From IMG/VR virus record IMGVR_UViG_3300011890_000001, positions 160,001 through 224,000 of that record: a stretch of DNA of 64,000 nucleotides, one strand, 5' to 3'. Positions 1-9,318 of the stretch are shown here, piece after piece. The translations under genes and the position numbers were made by a program. The DNA is from a virus. Taxonomy: Duplodnaviria > Caudoviricetes. Below the pieces are notes generated by a model. The model made no database searches. It was not told the DNA's origin and saw only the letters and a list, made by a program, of their open reading frames with translations. Position 1 is the stretch's first letter; the number at the start of each line of letters is the position of its first letter.

Positions 1-306
1 GGTTTTAACATCTACCATAGCTGGGCAGGTGAAGGCGCCATCACGGTGGAGTACTATGCCCGAGGACAGGTCTACGTAGTGGATGCACCAGCGGCAGGTC
101 TTAACGACTTGCCGAAGAAAGTGGCCGTCACTGTGGGCGACGGTTACCTTACCATCTATTACGGAAACGGCACACAAGTCAGCGTACCTACGCCGCAGCA
201 ATCGGTCATCATCGACAACGCACGAACAGATGGCCAGTACCTTCACGGTCTGGCTGTGTATGGTCGTCGCATCTATGGTGACGAGTTCAATTGGATCAAT
301 CACTGA
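1..306 (+). CDS. Hypothetical protein, 5'-truncated by window edge
   Basis: Frame 1 is open from base 1 (GFNIYHSWAGEGAITVEYY...) to TGA at 304-306 and is followed by a strong hairpin. Confidence 0.7.
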   Translation, partial: GFNIYHSWAGEGAITVEYYARGQVYVVDAPAAGLNDLPKKVAVTVGDGYLTIYYGNGTQVSVPTPQQSVIIDNARTDGQYLHGLAVYGRRIYGDEFNWINH

Positions 307-316
307 CCCTTTCATA

Positions 317-357
317 GCACAGAGTCCCCGTCCCTCAAAGGGACGGGGACTCTGTGC
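317..357 (+). terminator. Long perfect hairpin, putative terminator
   Basis: GCACAGAGTCCCCGTCCCT-caa-AGGGACGGGGACTCTGTGC, 19-bp perfect stem directly after a stop codon. Confidence 0.75.
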
Positions 358-424
358 CTTTTGGACTAATCATGTGCCTTAAAGCTGTAAGAAAATACAT
401 CCATCACTTTGGGAGAATCTAAAA

Positions 425-1609
425 ATGGATCCACTAACCCTTTCCCAGATTATCCAGTCGATCGCCGACGCTGTGGGTGGGAAGACTGGACATGGCGATT
501 TGGGCGAGAGGACCAGTCTGCTCGTTACTGACGGACGCCAGATACTCACCATCAGCTCCAACCAGTTATTGGCCAGCGTCACGCAGCTCATCGGCGACAA
601 ACTGACGGCAGAAACGCGTGACCGTATCCGTGTTTTGACCAGACAGGTCACTAACCTCAATCGACAGGTGTCTGAGTTGTCCGACAAGGTCGAGCGACTC
701 GAAGCTCTGGAAGAGCGACTCATCGCATTGGAACAGCGCGAACGTAGTCCGGTTCCAGCGCGCAAGGATCCTTTGGATTCGGTCTTCTGCGTGATCCCTG
801 ATGCGGACGGTAACATTCGTATCGGCGCGATGAACAACGTCGGTACGATGGCTGAACTCAATGACGTTACGATGATTGGCAACGGTACAGTGGCCGGCGT
901 GACGGGACCAAGAGAAAACGTCACGGCGATCGGTAGTGGCGCCAGGCCAACTGGGAATAACCAAGTTGTTCTTGGTGATCACCGCGCAACTGTCCACACT
1001 TTGACATCTGGTCATCGACGAGCCGACATTCGCGACATGTACGATCCCAGACCGTGTTCCCTCGGTCTTGACTTCGTCATGCGCGTTCAAGTCATGGAGT
1101 TCCAAAACGACTTCCGGGAGTCCTATCTGGACTGGCGTAAGGCACCGCGCTTGCCTGCACCGCTGCGTGCGGAGCCTACGTTACCAGAAATCGGACCCGG
1201 CGAGTCACATCCACAATCCCTCTTGGTCCACCACACTGGCGATTTGGCTAGGTGGAAGAAAGAGAAAGTAAAGTACGATCAAGACATGGATCTCTACAAT
1301 GCAGACATGCAGTTGTGGAAGCGTAGGTTTACGATCGACAAGGTAAAAGCTACCGGCACTAACGCTAGCCTTACCACCCATGTAGGCTTCAACGGTCGAC
1401 AGGTACGCACTGTTCTGGATGAGCTGAAGAAGAACATGGGATTTGTACAGGCACACGAGCAAGGCGGTGGCGAGTCCGCCACTTCTCTGGCCGATGGAGA
1501 AATGATGGCCATCCTCTGGAAGGCCTTTCAAGAACTCCACACCTTCGTCACTTCAGACGAATTCGCCGATTCAATCGCATTGGAAGTAATTGAGAAGGTC
1601 GGTGGATAA
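425..1609 (+). CDS. Tail-fibre-associated protein: coiled coil plus degenerate peptidase S74-like chaperone domain
   Basis: Heptad stretch LNRQVSELSDKVERLEALEERL; trimeric-adhesin-like segment TAIGSGARPTGNNQVVLG; S74-like ADIRDM...LGLDFVM...HVGFNGRQV...ILWKAFQEL. Confidence 0.6.
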   Translation: MDPLTLSQIIQSIADAVGGKTGHGDLGERTSLLVTDGRQILTISSNQLLASVTQLIGDKLTAETRDRIRVLTRQVTNLNRQVSELSDKVERLEALEERLIALEQRERSPVPARKDPLDSVFCVIPDADGNIRIGAMNNVGTMAELNDVTMIGNGTVAGVTGPRENVTAIGSGARPTGNNQVVLGDHRATVHTLTSGHRRADIRDMYDPRPCSLGLDFVMRVQVMEFQNDFRESYLDWRKAPRLPAPLRAEPTLPEIGPGESHPQSLLVHHTGDLARWKKEKVKYDQDMDLYNADMQLWKRRFTIDKVKATGTNASLTTHVGFNGRQVRTVLDELKKNMGFVQAHEQGGGESATSLADGEMMAILWKAFQELHTFVTSDEFADSIALEVIEKVGG

Positions 1610-1636
1610 TGTTAACAACACAGGGACCCAATTGAG

Positions 1637-2599
1637 ATGAGTATTCTTCTTACAAGTCTGAGTGGGTTGGATACGCGCGAAGCCACCCTGCTGCCCGCTA
1701 ACGCACGAGTGACAACCATCGTCAACGGTGGTTTGCTCAACGTGACTTGGGGCGATCTCGTTCAAACCATTCGTGATCCTCTGGAACAGCGTATCTCTGA
1801 TCTGGAAGCTCAGTCTGGCGGTGGCGGTGGCGGTGGAGCTGGACCTTCTATCTGGCCGGTATCACGCACTCTGACGCTCACTGGCGCAGTGAACGGTTCG
1901 GTTAGCTTTAATGGTTCGGCAGACTTTTCGCTAAATACCGTTATGGGTGAGGACGCCATTGCAATCACTTCGGTGATTGGACTGGTGTCAGGACTGGAAG
2001 GGAAGTTCGACAAGCAGGGCGGTACCATCACTGGCGACACGTCCGTGATCGGTCAATTGTCGGCTAACTCGTTTAAGGTCAATGGCGTTGCCACGGTCTC
2101 TCCGAAGTGGGCGCTAACGTCCGTTGACGATGCGACGTACACGTCGGGTCTGATCTACGGTACCGACTACGTGGGCCTGAGCATCCTTACTAAGGCCACG
2201 GGCATTCGTCGCGATCTCCGACTGACCGCTGGCGGTCAGCTGTCGCTAGACGGCAACACCTTCTACCATTCCGGCAACTTCAACCCTGCCACCAAGCTTG
2301 ACGTAGACGCAACTGCCGCTTCGGCAGAAAAGCTGGCCACCCCGCGTCTGATTAACGGCGTACCGTTTGACGGTACGGCTGACATTGATCTGGGAATCGT
2401 AGGCGATAAGACCGGAGTTTTCCCACTCCCTGGTCCGAACACCGTGTGGGATGTTAACCACAACCTTGGCAAGTATCCGAGCTATACGGTTTTGGATGAG
2501 TCAGGGATAGAAGTTTCGATTGCCGTAACTCACGTCAGTCTCAACGCTGTTCGACTCGAATCGGCTATTCCGATGACGGGTCGCGTCATTTTCAATTAA
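1637..2599 (+). CDS. Tail fibre-like virion protein
   Basis: Fibre repeat KLATPRLINGVPFDGTADI, YHSGNFNPATKLD motif, Gly7 linker, C-terminal WDVNHNLGKYPSYTV domain. Confidence 0.7.
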   Translation: MSILLTSLSGLDTREATLLPANARVTTIVNGGLLNVTWGDLVQTIRDPLEQRISDLEAQSGGGGGGGAGPSIWPVSRTLTLTGAVNGSVSFNGSADFSLNTVMGEDAIAITSVIGLVSGLEGKFDKQGGTITGDTSVIGQLSANSFKVNGVATVSPKWALTSVDDATYTSGLIYGTDYVGLSILTKATGIRRDLRLTAGGQLSLDGNTFYHSGNFNPATKLDVDATAASAEKLATPRLINGVPFDGTADIDLGIVGDKTGVFPLPGPNTVWDVNHNLGKYPSYTVLDESGIEVSIAVTHVSLNAVRLESAIPMTGRVIFN

Positions 2600-2617
2600 T
2601 TCAAAAGGTTTACAAAC

Positions 2618-4534
2618 ATGGCCGCTATTCAGACTTTCCGCACCCCGATCAACATGAGCGGGCTGGAAATTCAGAACCTCCGACTGCACTTCCTCGACGG
2701 TCAGCCGGCCGGCGTGAGTGAAGGTGGTTTCTGGTATTCCTCCGCCAACAAGTCGCCGATGTACTTCGACGGTACTGCTGCTGTCCCGCTCGACGCACGC
2801 CTGGCTACCGATATCCCGCTGTCGGCCCTGGCCGTCAATCCGCTGGATCGCGCAAACCACACCGGTACTCAGCCGGCTTCCTCGATCGCCAACTTTGCTA
2901 CCGAGGTTGTCACGGCTGCCGGCCTGATTCCGCTGAGCGATCTGGCCCCGCCGACCGCATCTGTGGACATGGTCGGCCAGACCCTGACTGGTCTGGCCGA
3001 CCCGGTTCTGGAGTCGGACGCTGTCAATCAGCGCACCTTGAACAGCGAACTGGGCGCCCTGGGTGATCGTTATGTTGCTCATACCGAAGGCGAGATCGCT
3101 CGCGTTCTGGGCTACAGCGACGCCATCATCGCTGACTTCGACAACCTGAGTGACGCAAGCAGCCTGGTACCGCTGGGTTGGATCCAGTCCTATGTCGATG
3201 CTGCCGTGGCTGCCGGTTCGGCTGCTGAGTCCGCTCAGAAGCTGGCCACCGCGCGTAACTTCTCGCTCTCCGGTGTAATGACCTCCAACGTCGTACCTTT
3301 CGACGGTACTGCCCCGGTGGTGTTGGTCACCGAGATCGCTGACGATGCGCTGGCCATCGCCAAGACCGCAGGTCTGCAGGACGCTCTGGATGCCAAGCTG
3401 TCCAAGTCCGGCGGTGCGATGACCGGTCCGCTGACTCTGCATACCCTGCAGCCGGAGGACAACTATCACGCTGCTCCGAAGGGTTACGTCGACGACCAGA
3501 TCAGTGGTGTGGGCGAAGCTGTTGACAATCTGATCAACGACGGTATCGGTAAGCTGTCCACCGCACGTAACTTCAGCGCCACCGGTGTCATCACCGCTGC
3601 GCCGCAGTCCTTCGACGGCACTGCCGACGTTGTCCTGACCACCACCGTGGCTGACGACGCACTCTCGATTGCTAAGACCGCTGGTCTGCGTGACGAACTG
3701 GACAGCCTGACTTCTTTGATCGCCTCCAAGCAGGATGGTCTGGACTACACCCCGGTGAATGTCAACGGCGATGTCATGACCGGTCCGCTGGTCCTAGCCC
3801 CGACCGCCGACCCGTACGACAACGAAGCCGTTCCGCGTTCTTACGTTGACAGCGCAGTACAGAGCGCTGTTGCCGGCATCGACGGTAAGGGCGAGGTTCG
3901 CGTTTCGGCTGCTTCCAACGTGGCGCTGTCGGGCCTCCCGAACATCGACGGCGTAGACGTTGAAGAAGGCGATTCGGTCCTGCTGTTCGGACAGACCGAT
4001 CCGGCCGAAAACGGCATCTGGGTTGTTTATCCGGACGCGTGGGAACGTCGTGCCGACGCCGACCAAGACGCACTGACCACCGGCGCACTGACCCTGGTTA
4101 TGGAAGGTACCGTTCGCCATGGTCGTCAGTACTGGCTGAACACCAAGGGTGTAATCGACGTCGGTGTGACTGCACAGACCTGGGTACCGTTCCAGGTGGG
4201 TCAGTCCTACACCGCCAGCAACGGTCTGGAAATGGTTGGCACCGACGTGCAGCTGAAGGCAGGCGCTGGTCTGGCCGTTGACGCCAATGGCGTGAAGGTC
4301 GACTACAGTGTCGTGGCGCGCCGCGCTGCCGCTAACATCGGCGATGGTGCCGCTCTGAGCTTTACTGTCCCCCACAACTTCGGTACCCGCGACGTTACCG
4401 TCACCATCCGTAACACCGTGACCCACCAGGTCGAGTACATGGCATGGTTCGCTGACACCGAAAACTCGGTCACCATCGAGATGGTCGGCACCCCGCCGGC
4501 CGCTGGTGCTTACCGCGTCATCATCCTGGCCTAA
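2618..4534 (+). CDS. Tail fibre protein
   Basis: RANHTGTQ motif, duplicated KLxTARNFS...FDGT modules, KSGGAMTGPL and AAPKGYVD fibre motifs, LSGLPNIDGV...ENGIWV domain, C-terminal HNFGTRDV domain; strong codon bias. Confidence 0.75.
   Translation: MAAIQTFRTPINMSGLEIQNLRLHFLDGQPAGVSEGGFWYSSANKSPMYFDGTAAVPLDARLATDIPLSALAVNPLDRANHTGTQPASSIANFATEVVTAAGLIPLSDLAPPTASVDMVGQTLTGLADPVLESDAVNQRTLNSELGALGDRYVAHTEGEIARVLGYSDAIIADFDNLSDASSLVPLGWIQSYVDAAVAAGSAAESAQKLATARNFSLSGVMTSNVVPFDGTAPVVLVTEIADDALAIAKTAGLQDALDAKLSKSGGAMTGPLTLHTLQPEDNYHAAPKGYVDDQISGVGEAVDNLINDGIGKLSTARNFSATGVITAAPQSFDGTADVVLTTTVADDALSIAKTAGLRDELDSLTSLIASKQDGLDYTPVNVNGDVMTGPLVLAPTADPYDNEAVPRSYVDSAVQSAVAGIDGKGEVRVSAASNVALSGLPNIDGVDVEEGDSVLLFGQTDPAENGIWVVYPDAWERRADADQDALTTGALTLVMEGTVRHGRQYWLNTKGVIDVGVTAQTWVPFQVGQSYTASNGLEMVGTDVQLKAGAGLAVDANGVKVDYSVVARRAAANIGDGAALSFTVPHNFGTRDVTVTIRNTVTHQVEYMAWFADTENSVTIEMVGTPPAAGAYRVIILA
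3238..3700 (+). repeat. Internal duplication of an approximately 50-aa fibre module
   Basis: aagctggccaccgcgcgtaacttc...aagaccgcaggtctgc (about 3238-3378) versus aagctgtccaccgcacgtaacttc...aagaccgctggtctgc (about 3551-3690). Confidence 0.7.
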
Positions 4535-4537
4535 TCG

Positions 4538-6166
4538 ATGTCAGGCCCGATCATTTTTCGCTCCCCAGTAAGCTTGGCGGCCGCGGCTACTGCGCCCGAA
4601 CATGCGACCACAAAGTCGTATGTCGACCAAGGACTGGCTGGGCGACTGGCGATCGGGTCCGCCGCCAGTGATTATTTGTCAAAGCAGGCAGTGACAATTC
4701 AACCGTCTACTGACTACAATGTCAATGATCTACCCGTCGGGCAAAAGACGGTGGTAGGTTCAGGCAATCTGAACCTACCACCGGGTAGCGATCCCTACTA
4801 CTACGTGGAAGCCAATCGCGGCGACACCGCGGTCACGGTCTATCAAACGGCAGTAGGGACCAATACCGGCCACACGTGGCGGAGGACCTGGAACGGTAGC
4901 GGCTGGACTAATTGGACCCGACCTTTGATGGTCTCCGAGTATGTCGCAGGGGACGCTACCAACAAACTCGACAAAACTACCGGCGGTACAGTGCAGGGCG
5001 CTGTTCGCTTTATGTCCGGGATCTCAGCGCTCAGCGGTGCTGAGAACACGCAGACCATTACCGTGGCGCATGGCTGGAACAACGGTTTTACGCGTTGGGC
5101 CGAAGTCATCGAGGGTAATGGTGAGTACGCAATGTACAGCTACAACGCCACAGGTGGAGGCGCCGAAAGAACTCTTGTTCTTCGACGCTATGCCGAGACA
5201 TCCGACCTACTGCGTTATCGTCTGTTGGAGATCCCCGGGGGTATTCGCAGTACCGGTACTCACGCAGCATTGGTGGTGGAGGCTCGAAATAACCCCGGCC
5301 ACTCGTGGCACATGTATGCCGACAACGGCAACAACCTGAGGTTCTGGAGTCAGACCGCCAATGCGGATCTCATTTCGGTCGACAATCAGGGTAACTTCCA
5401 GGCGGCGGGTGCCATTACGGCGGGTTTGCGAATTGCGGCAGGATGGGACGCAGGATGGGATGGGTCTATCAGCTGCAGTAACTGGTTCCGGGTATTGGGT
5501 AATGCAGGCTTGCTGTTCTCCACATGGGGCGGCGGGTTCTACATGTCCGACGGCACCTATATCCGAACGTTCGGCGATAAGGCAGTCGCCGCAAACCATT
5601 TCGTCTCCACAGGTGCAAGGAATCCCCAGTTCGTAACTGAACAGTCGGCTTTCTACGCTCAGGGTAACTACGGCGGCGGCTACGGCATGGGTGACGGCGC
5701 GTACCGTCTTGCCTATTATTCGCAGAGCGGCAACCACGTGTTCGGGTGCGGTCAGGAAGGCACCCAAGGCTATAGCGTTGCCAGCATTGGACGAAACGGA
5801 GTCATCTCGGCCGCGGACTATGCATTGAACTCGGACGCGTCGATGAAGGAAGAGGTAAGGCCTCTGGTGCATCGCGCGCGACTTCAACCGGTGACCTACA
5901 AGCTGCTCCCTGAGTACAGCCTACGCGAAGCCCCCATTACGGAAATTGGCTTTATCGCCAATGACGTAGAGCGTACGCATCCGGAAGTGGCCTCACGAGA
6001 CCAGAACGGTAAACTCCAGCTCTCATACGCTCGCATTACCGCGATCAACAGCGCGCACATCAATCACGTCGAAGACCAGGTGTTGGTGCTGAAAACCGAA
6101 GTGAGCGAACTGCGCAAAGAGTTGCAAGAACTGCGCTCACTGATCCGCCTTCAACCGATTGGTTAG
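4538..6166 (+). CDS. Tail fibre/receptor-binding protein with C-terminal peptidase S74 intramolecular chaperone
   Basis: ATTKSYVD; TWRRTWNGSGWTNW knob-like motif; NSDASMKEEV...IGFIANDV...HPEV...LSYARI followed by a terminal coiled coil. Confidence 0.8.
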   Translation: MSGPIIFRSPVSLAAAATAPEHATTKSYVDQGLAGRLAIGSAASDYLSKQAVTIQPSTDYNVNDLPVGQKTVVGSGNLNLPPGSDPYYYVEANRGDTAVTVYQTAVGTNTGHTWRRTWNGSGWTNWTRPLMVSEYVAGDATNKLDKTTGGTVQGAVRFMSGISALSGAENTQTITVAHGWNNGFTRWAEVIEGNGEYAMYSYNATGGGAERTLVLRRYAETSDLLRYRLLEIPGGIRSTGTHAALVVEARNNPGHSWHMYADNGNNLRFWSQTANADLISVDNQGNFQAAGAITAGLRIAAGWDAGWDGSISCSNWFRVLGNAGLLFSTWGGGFYMSDGTYIRTFGDKAVAANHFVSTGARNPQFVTEQSAFYAQGNYGGGYGMGDGAYRLAYYSQSGNHVFGCGQEGTQGYSVASIGRNGVISAADYALNSDASMKEEVRPLVHRARLQPVTYKLLPEYSLREAPITEIGFIANDVERTHPEVASRDQNGKLQLSYARITAINSAHINHVEDQVLVLKTEVSELRKELQELRSLIRLQPIG

Positions 6167-6173
6167 GTAACCC

Positions 6174-6210
6174 CATAAGAGCCGGAACGAAAGTTCCGGC
6201 TCTTTTATTT
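6174..6210 (+). terminator. Intrinsic terminator
   Basis: AAGAGCCGGAAC-gaaa-GTTCCGGCTCTT followed by a T-rich tail. Confidence 0.8.
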
Positions 6211-6236
6211 AGATACATTTACAAAGAGAAACCCAC

Positions 6237-6719
6237 ATGACCGACAATGCCATTTACGTGGAACCCACCCCCGCCAACAATTCGCGTTTTACTGATCTGG
6301 GCGGTGGTCACACCTCGGAAATGATTGCGGTGGACGTCCATATCCGCTACGATCCGAATTCCCAAAACTCGCAAGTTCTGTTCATGGGTTGCCCGCATGT
6401 CATGCTGGGTGATCTTTACCGTCGCGTCGGTACCGAGCAAGAACCCATCGGTCTGGAACTTGCGCAGTTCATGACCCTGCAGCCGCTTCCTCCAGGCACC
6501 CTGGATCCGGTTACTGGGCAGGACATCTCCGGTATCTCCATGGCCGGTATCGGTATGGTGATCAAGGGCGTCTATAACTTTGCTCACAACTTCAAGAATG
6601 GGACTCCCGGCTACACCATCCCTGGCACACCGGCCCCGCCTGAAGGTGAGGAACCGCCGGCCGAAGGTGAAGAACCGCCCGTTGATCCTGAGGGGCAGTC
6701 GCTCACTCCGGATCAGTGA
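6237..6719 (+). CDS. Hypothetical protein, possible fibre assembly or tip protein
   Basis: 160-aa ORF between two fibre genes; acidic Pro-rich tail with EGEEPP twice. Confidence 0.6.
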   Translation: MTDNAIYVEPTPANNSRFTDLGGGHTSEMIAVDVHIRYDPNSQNSQVLFMGCPHVMLGDLYRRVGTEQEPIGLELAQFMTLQPLPPGTLDPVTGQDISGISMAGIGMVIKGVYNFAHNFKNGTPGYTIPGTPAPPEGEEPPAEGEEPPVDPEGQSLTPDQ

Positions 6720-6739
6720 GACTTTCCGGAGTTTAAAAG

Positions 6740-8560
6740 ATGAGCAATCCGATTTTCTTTCGCCAGGGGATTCGCCTACCCGGCATTCCGATCGGCGCGC
6801 TCGATGCTGCCACTAAGGGTTACGTCGACGACCTGATCAGTTCGCACACCCACACCATCGAGCAGGTAGACGGGCTGGCGGCAGCTTTGGCCAACGCCAC
6901 CACTGGTCTGACGCTGGGCACGGCGTATCAGGATGCATTCAGCAGCGCGTCGGAGTACTATCCGGCATCGACGCCTATTGACCTCGACACGGTCGGTCGC
7001 GGTCGTAAGATATTGGCATCCAGCCAAGCCTTGACCAACGGGCCGCCTCACAGCGACATTACGTTCTGGCATATTGAAACACGCACCATTTACGGCGCGG
7101 ACGACACCCGTCTGGTGCAGATCGCAACTTCCTATAACGGCCCACATGTGATCTATACTCGCCGACTGTTCGGCGATGTCTGGTCGGCATGGATTCGAAT
7201 CCTTGATTCGAACATGACGGTGAACGACATCGCCGGCACGTTGTCTATTGCCAATGGCGGTACAGGCGGAAGCACTCAGGCTACCGCGCTGACTAACCTC
7301 GGCGCCGCGAGTGTGGCAGACGCCTGGGGGCGCGGGCAGACCGGTCCGACTCTTGTGTCGTTTTCGGGTGATCTGAACGACTGTTCTGGCTTCCACGCTC
7401 TTTACGCTGGCACCAATGCCACTAATCGACCGTCTACAAATGCGGCTATCATCGGTTTTGGTACTACTGATTACACACAGCAGATGGCCATGCGTAACGG
7501 TATTTTCAATATCCGTTCGCAGGAAAATGGTGTGTGGGGCGCGTGGGATCGCGTTGTTACGCAGGACGGTAACCACACGTTCACTGGCGTCAATAACTAT
7601 GGTGTGGTGCGAAGCTTTAACGGTACGGCTGGCGTTCAGACGATTCTCCGCTCGATGGGCTGGAGTAATCAGATCGTCCGATGGGCCGACGTTATAGAGT
7701 CGAACGGGTCCTACTCTCTGTTTTCCTATAACGCCTCCGGCGCTGGCGCCAAGTCTATCCTTAATGTGTCCACCACGGCGGCAGGCGGTACCGACAAACT
7801 CACTGTCGGTGGGCTCATGGAGACCCGCAACATTACGGTAAGTGGTACCTCAGACTGTTCCATCGCCTGTGTGCCTACTTCGGGGCGAGCGGTACGATTT
7901 GCGGCCACCAGTAGTGGTAACTCTGGTTTCTACGATCAGACAAACTCGAAATGGTTGCTGCAGATCAATGCGGCCGACCTGGTCACCCTGGCTGGCAGTC
8001 TAACGGTTAATGGCGGTAGCAACCTGATCGGCAATATCATCGTTACTGGCAATACGACGATGTCCGGCTATGGGTACGTCAACGGCGGTCGCATTTACGG
8101 TTCCACCGAACTGAACCTTGTGGGCGGTTCGTCTACCTCGGTGATTCGTATCCGTCCACAGGGCTGGACGTCGACAGGTCAGACTCAGTTCAACTCAAAC
8201 GGTACTGTGACGTTTACGGGCGCACTGACTGCCCCAGACTACATCCTCAGTTCCGACATTCGACTGAAGTCCGATATCGTTCCGTTGGAAAATCGTGGGC
8301 GAATCGAACCGATTTCCTACGACATGGATGGTCGACGCGAACTGGGCGTTTCGGCGCAGCAGGTCAGACAACATTGGCCAGAGGCCGTTACTGAGAAAGA
8401 CGACGGCTATCTGGCTGTCGCCTACGACCGACTGATACCGGTTTTGGCGGAACAAGGCAATCGACTCGAAGATGAAGTTCTTTCTTTGAAAGAGCAGAAT
8501 GCGGCCTTGGCCGAAAGACTGCTCCTCTTGGAAGCTGTCGTTCTAGGTAGGATGCGCTAA
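6740..8560 (+). CDS. Tail fibre/receptor-binding protein with C-terminal peptidase S74 chaperone
   Basis: AATKGYVD, HTHTIEQVDGL, LSIANGGTG...ALTNLG, WSAW/WGAW motifs; SSDIRLKSDI...GVSAQQV...PEAV...YLAVAYDRL plus coiled coil. Confidence 0.85.
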   Translation: MSNPIFFRQGIRLPGIPIGALDAATKGYVDDLISSHTHTIEQVDGLAAALANATTGLTLGTAYQDAFSSASEYYPASTPIDLDTVGRGRKILASSQALTNGPPHSDITFWHIETRTIYGADDTRLVQIATSYNGPHVIYTRRLFGDVWSAWIRILDSNMTVNDIAGTLSIANGGTGGSTQATALTNLGAASVADAWGRGQTGPTLVSFSGDLNDCSGFHALYAGTNATNRPSTNAAIIGFGTTDYTQQMAMRNGIFNIRSQENGVWGAWDRVVTQDGNHTFTGVNNYGVVRSFNGTAGVQTILRSMGWSNQIVRWADVIESNGSYSLFSYNASGAGAKSILNVSTTAAGGTDKLTVGGLMETRNITVSGTSDCSIACVPTSGRAVRFAATSSGNSGFYDQTNSKWLLQINAADLVTLAGSLTVNGGSNLIGNIIVTGNTTMSGYGYVNGGRIYGSTELNLVGGSSTSVIRIRPQGWTSTGQTQFNSNGTVTFTGALTAPDYILSSDIRLKSDIVPLENRGRIEPISYDMDGRRELGVSAQQVRQHWPEAVTEKDDGYLAVAYDRLIPVLAEQGNRLEDEVLSLKEQNAALAERLLLLEAVVLGRMR

Positions 8561-8570
8561 TGTGTCACAG

Positions 8571-8603
8571 GCAAGGGAGGAGATCCTCCCTTGCTTTTTT
8601 TTT
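8571..8603 (+). terminator. Intrinsic terminator
   Basis: GCAAGGGAGG-agat-CCTCCCTTGC followed by 9 T. Confidence 0.85.
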
Positions 8604-8659
8604 GATGCCGACACTAGTTCTTCAATCAGTCGTTTTCTTTTAACTTAGGAGAGTAAGAA

Positions 8660-9139
8660 ATGCCGTTGGGCACCAATCCTAGCTTTAAGCAAGTCCGAGA
8701 CTTCTTTGGAGGTACGGCCAATTTATCCGCATACGTACGCGGCGGTAGCATTGTTCCCAACATACCGGCCAACAGTGCTATCTCAACGACCGTGGCGGGA
8801 CTCAAGTTGTCACAGTTTTCAGGGGCCGACAAGACTACTCCGTTCGACGCTAGTGCAAATCCGGCTGGGTTGTTTGGTCATCACAATCTTGCAACCACCG
8901 GTACGTTGTCAAACAACGTCACTATCAGCTTTAGCGGCGGCACTGGTAATTATTCAATCTCCTCCATTTTGGTTTCAGACTACCGTGTCTCCGCCACGCA
9001 GTACGGTAACGTGATTGAAGTTAAAGCCACGGGCAGAAACACTCAATACATCGGTGAAGTAACTGTTGTGGCTACCGACGGTGTTAGCTCCAAAACCTTG
9101 ACTATTTCGTTTGAGTACTACTTCGGAACCATCATCTAA
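8660..9139 (+). CDS. Small fibre-tip/adhesin-like virion protein
   Basis: RBS AGGAG; N-terminus FFGG...LSAYVRGGSIVP...LSQFSG resembles small proteins encoded after fibre genes; beta-rich C-terminal half. Confidence 0.55.
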   Translation: MPLGTNPSFKQVRDFFGGTANLSAYVRGGSIVPNIPANSAISTTVAGLKLSQFSGADKTTPFDASANPAGLFGHHNLATTGTLSNNVTISFSGGTGNYSISSILVSDYRVSATQYGNVIEVKATGRNTQYIGEVTVVATDGVSSKTLTISFEYYFGTII

Positions 9140-9146
9140 CGTTGAC

Positions 9147-9283
9147 GTACACCATTGTCTTTTACGGGTACGGTTCTTCGCAGTAGTGATGTAATGCTTC
9201 TGCGCAATTACGATAATGGCACTGGCGGCGGTGTCATTGCTTAATGATGTTTTTAAGTACTTGGTTACCGTGACCATATGTAC
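9147..9283 (+). ncRNA. Candidate structured non-coding element (copy 1)
   Basis: No plausible gene in the gap; closing pairs GTACA/TGTAC, GTC/GAC, ACGG/CCGT; hairpins CGCAG(9179)/CTGCG(9200) and AATGGCACTG(9215)/CGGTGTCATT(9229). Confidence 0.3.
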
Positions 9284-9318
9284 TGAAACATTAACTACTC
9301 CGACCGGAATTTCTTACC

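Noticed and set aside
9147-9283. tRNA or tRNA-like gene
   Set aside because: No GTTCRA T-loop in position, no 7-nt anticodon arm and no CCA; kept only as a generic structured element
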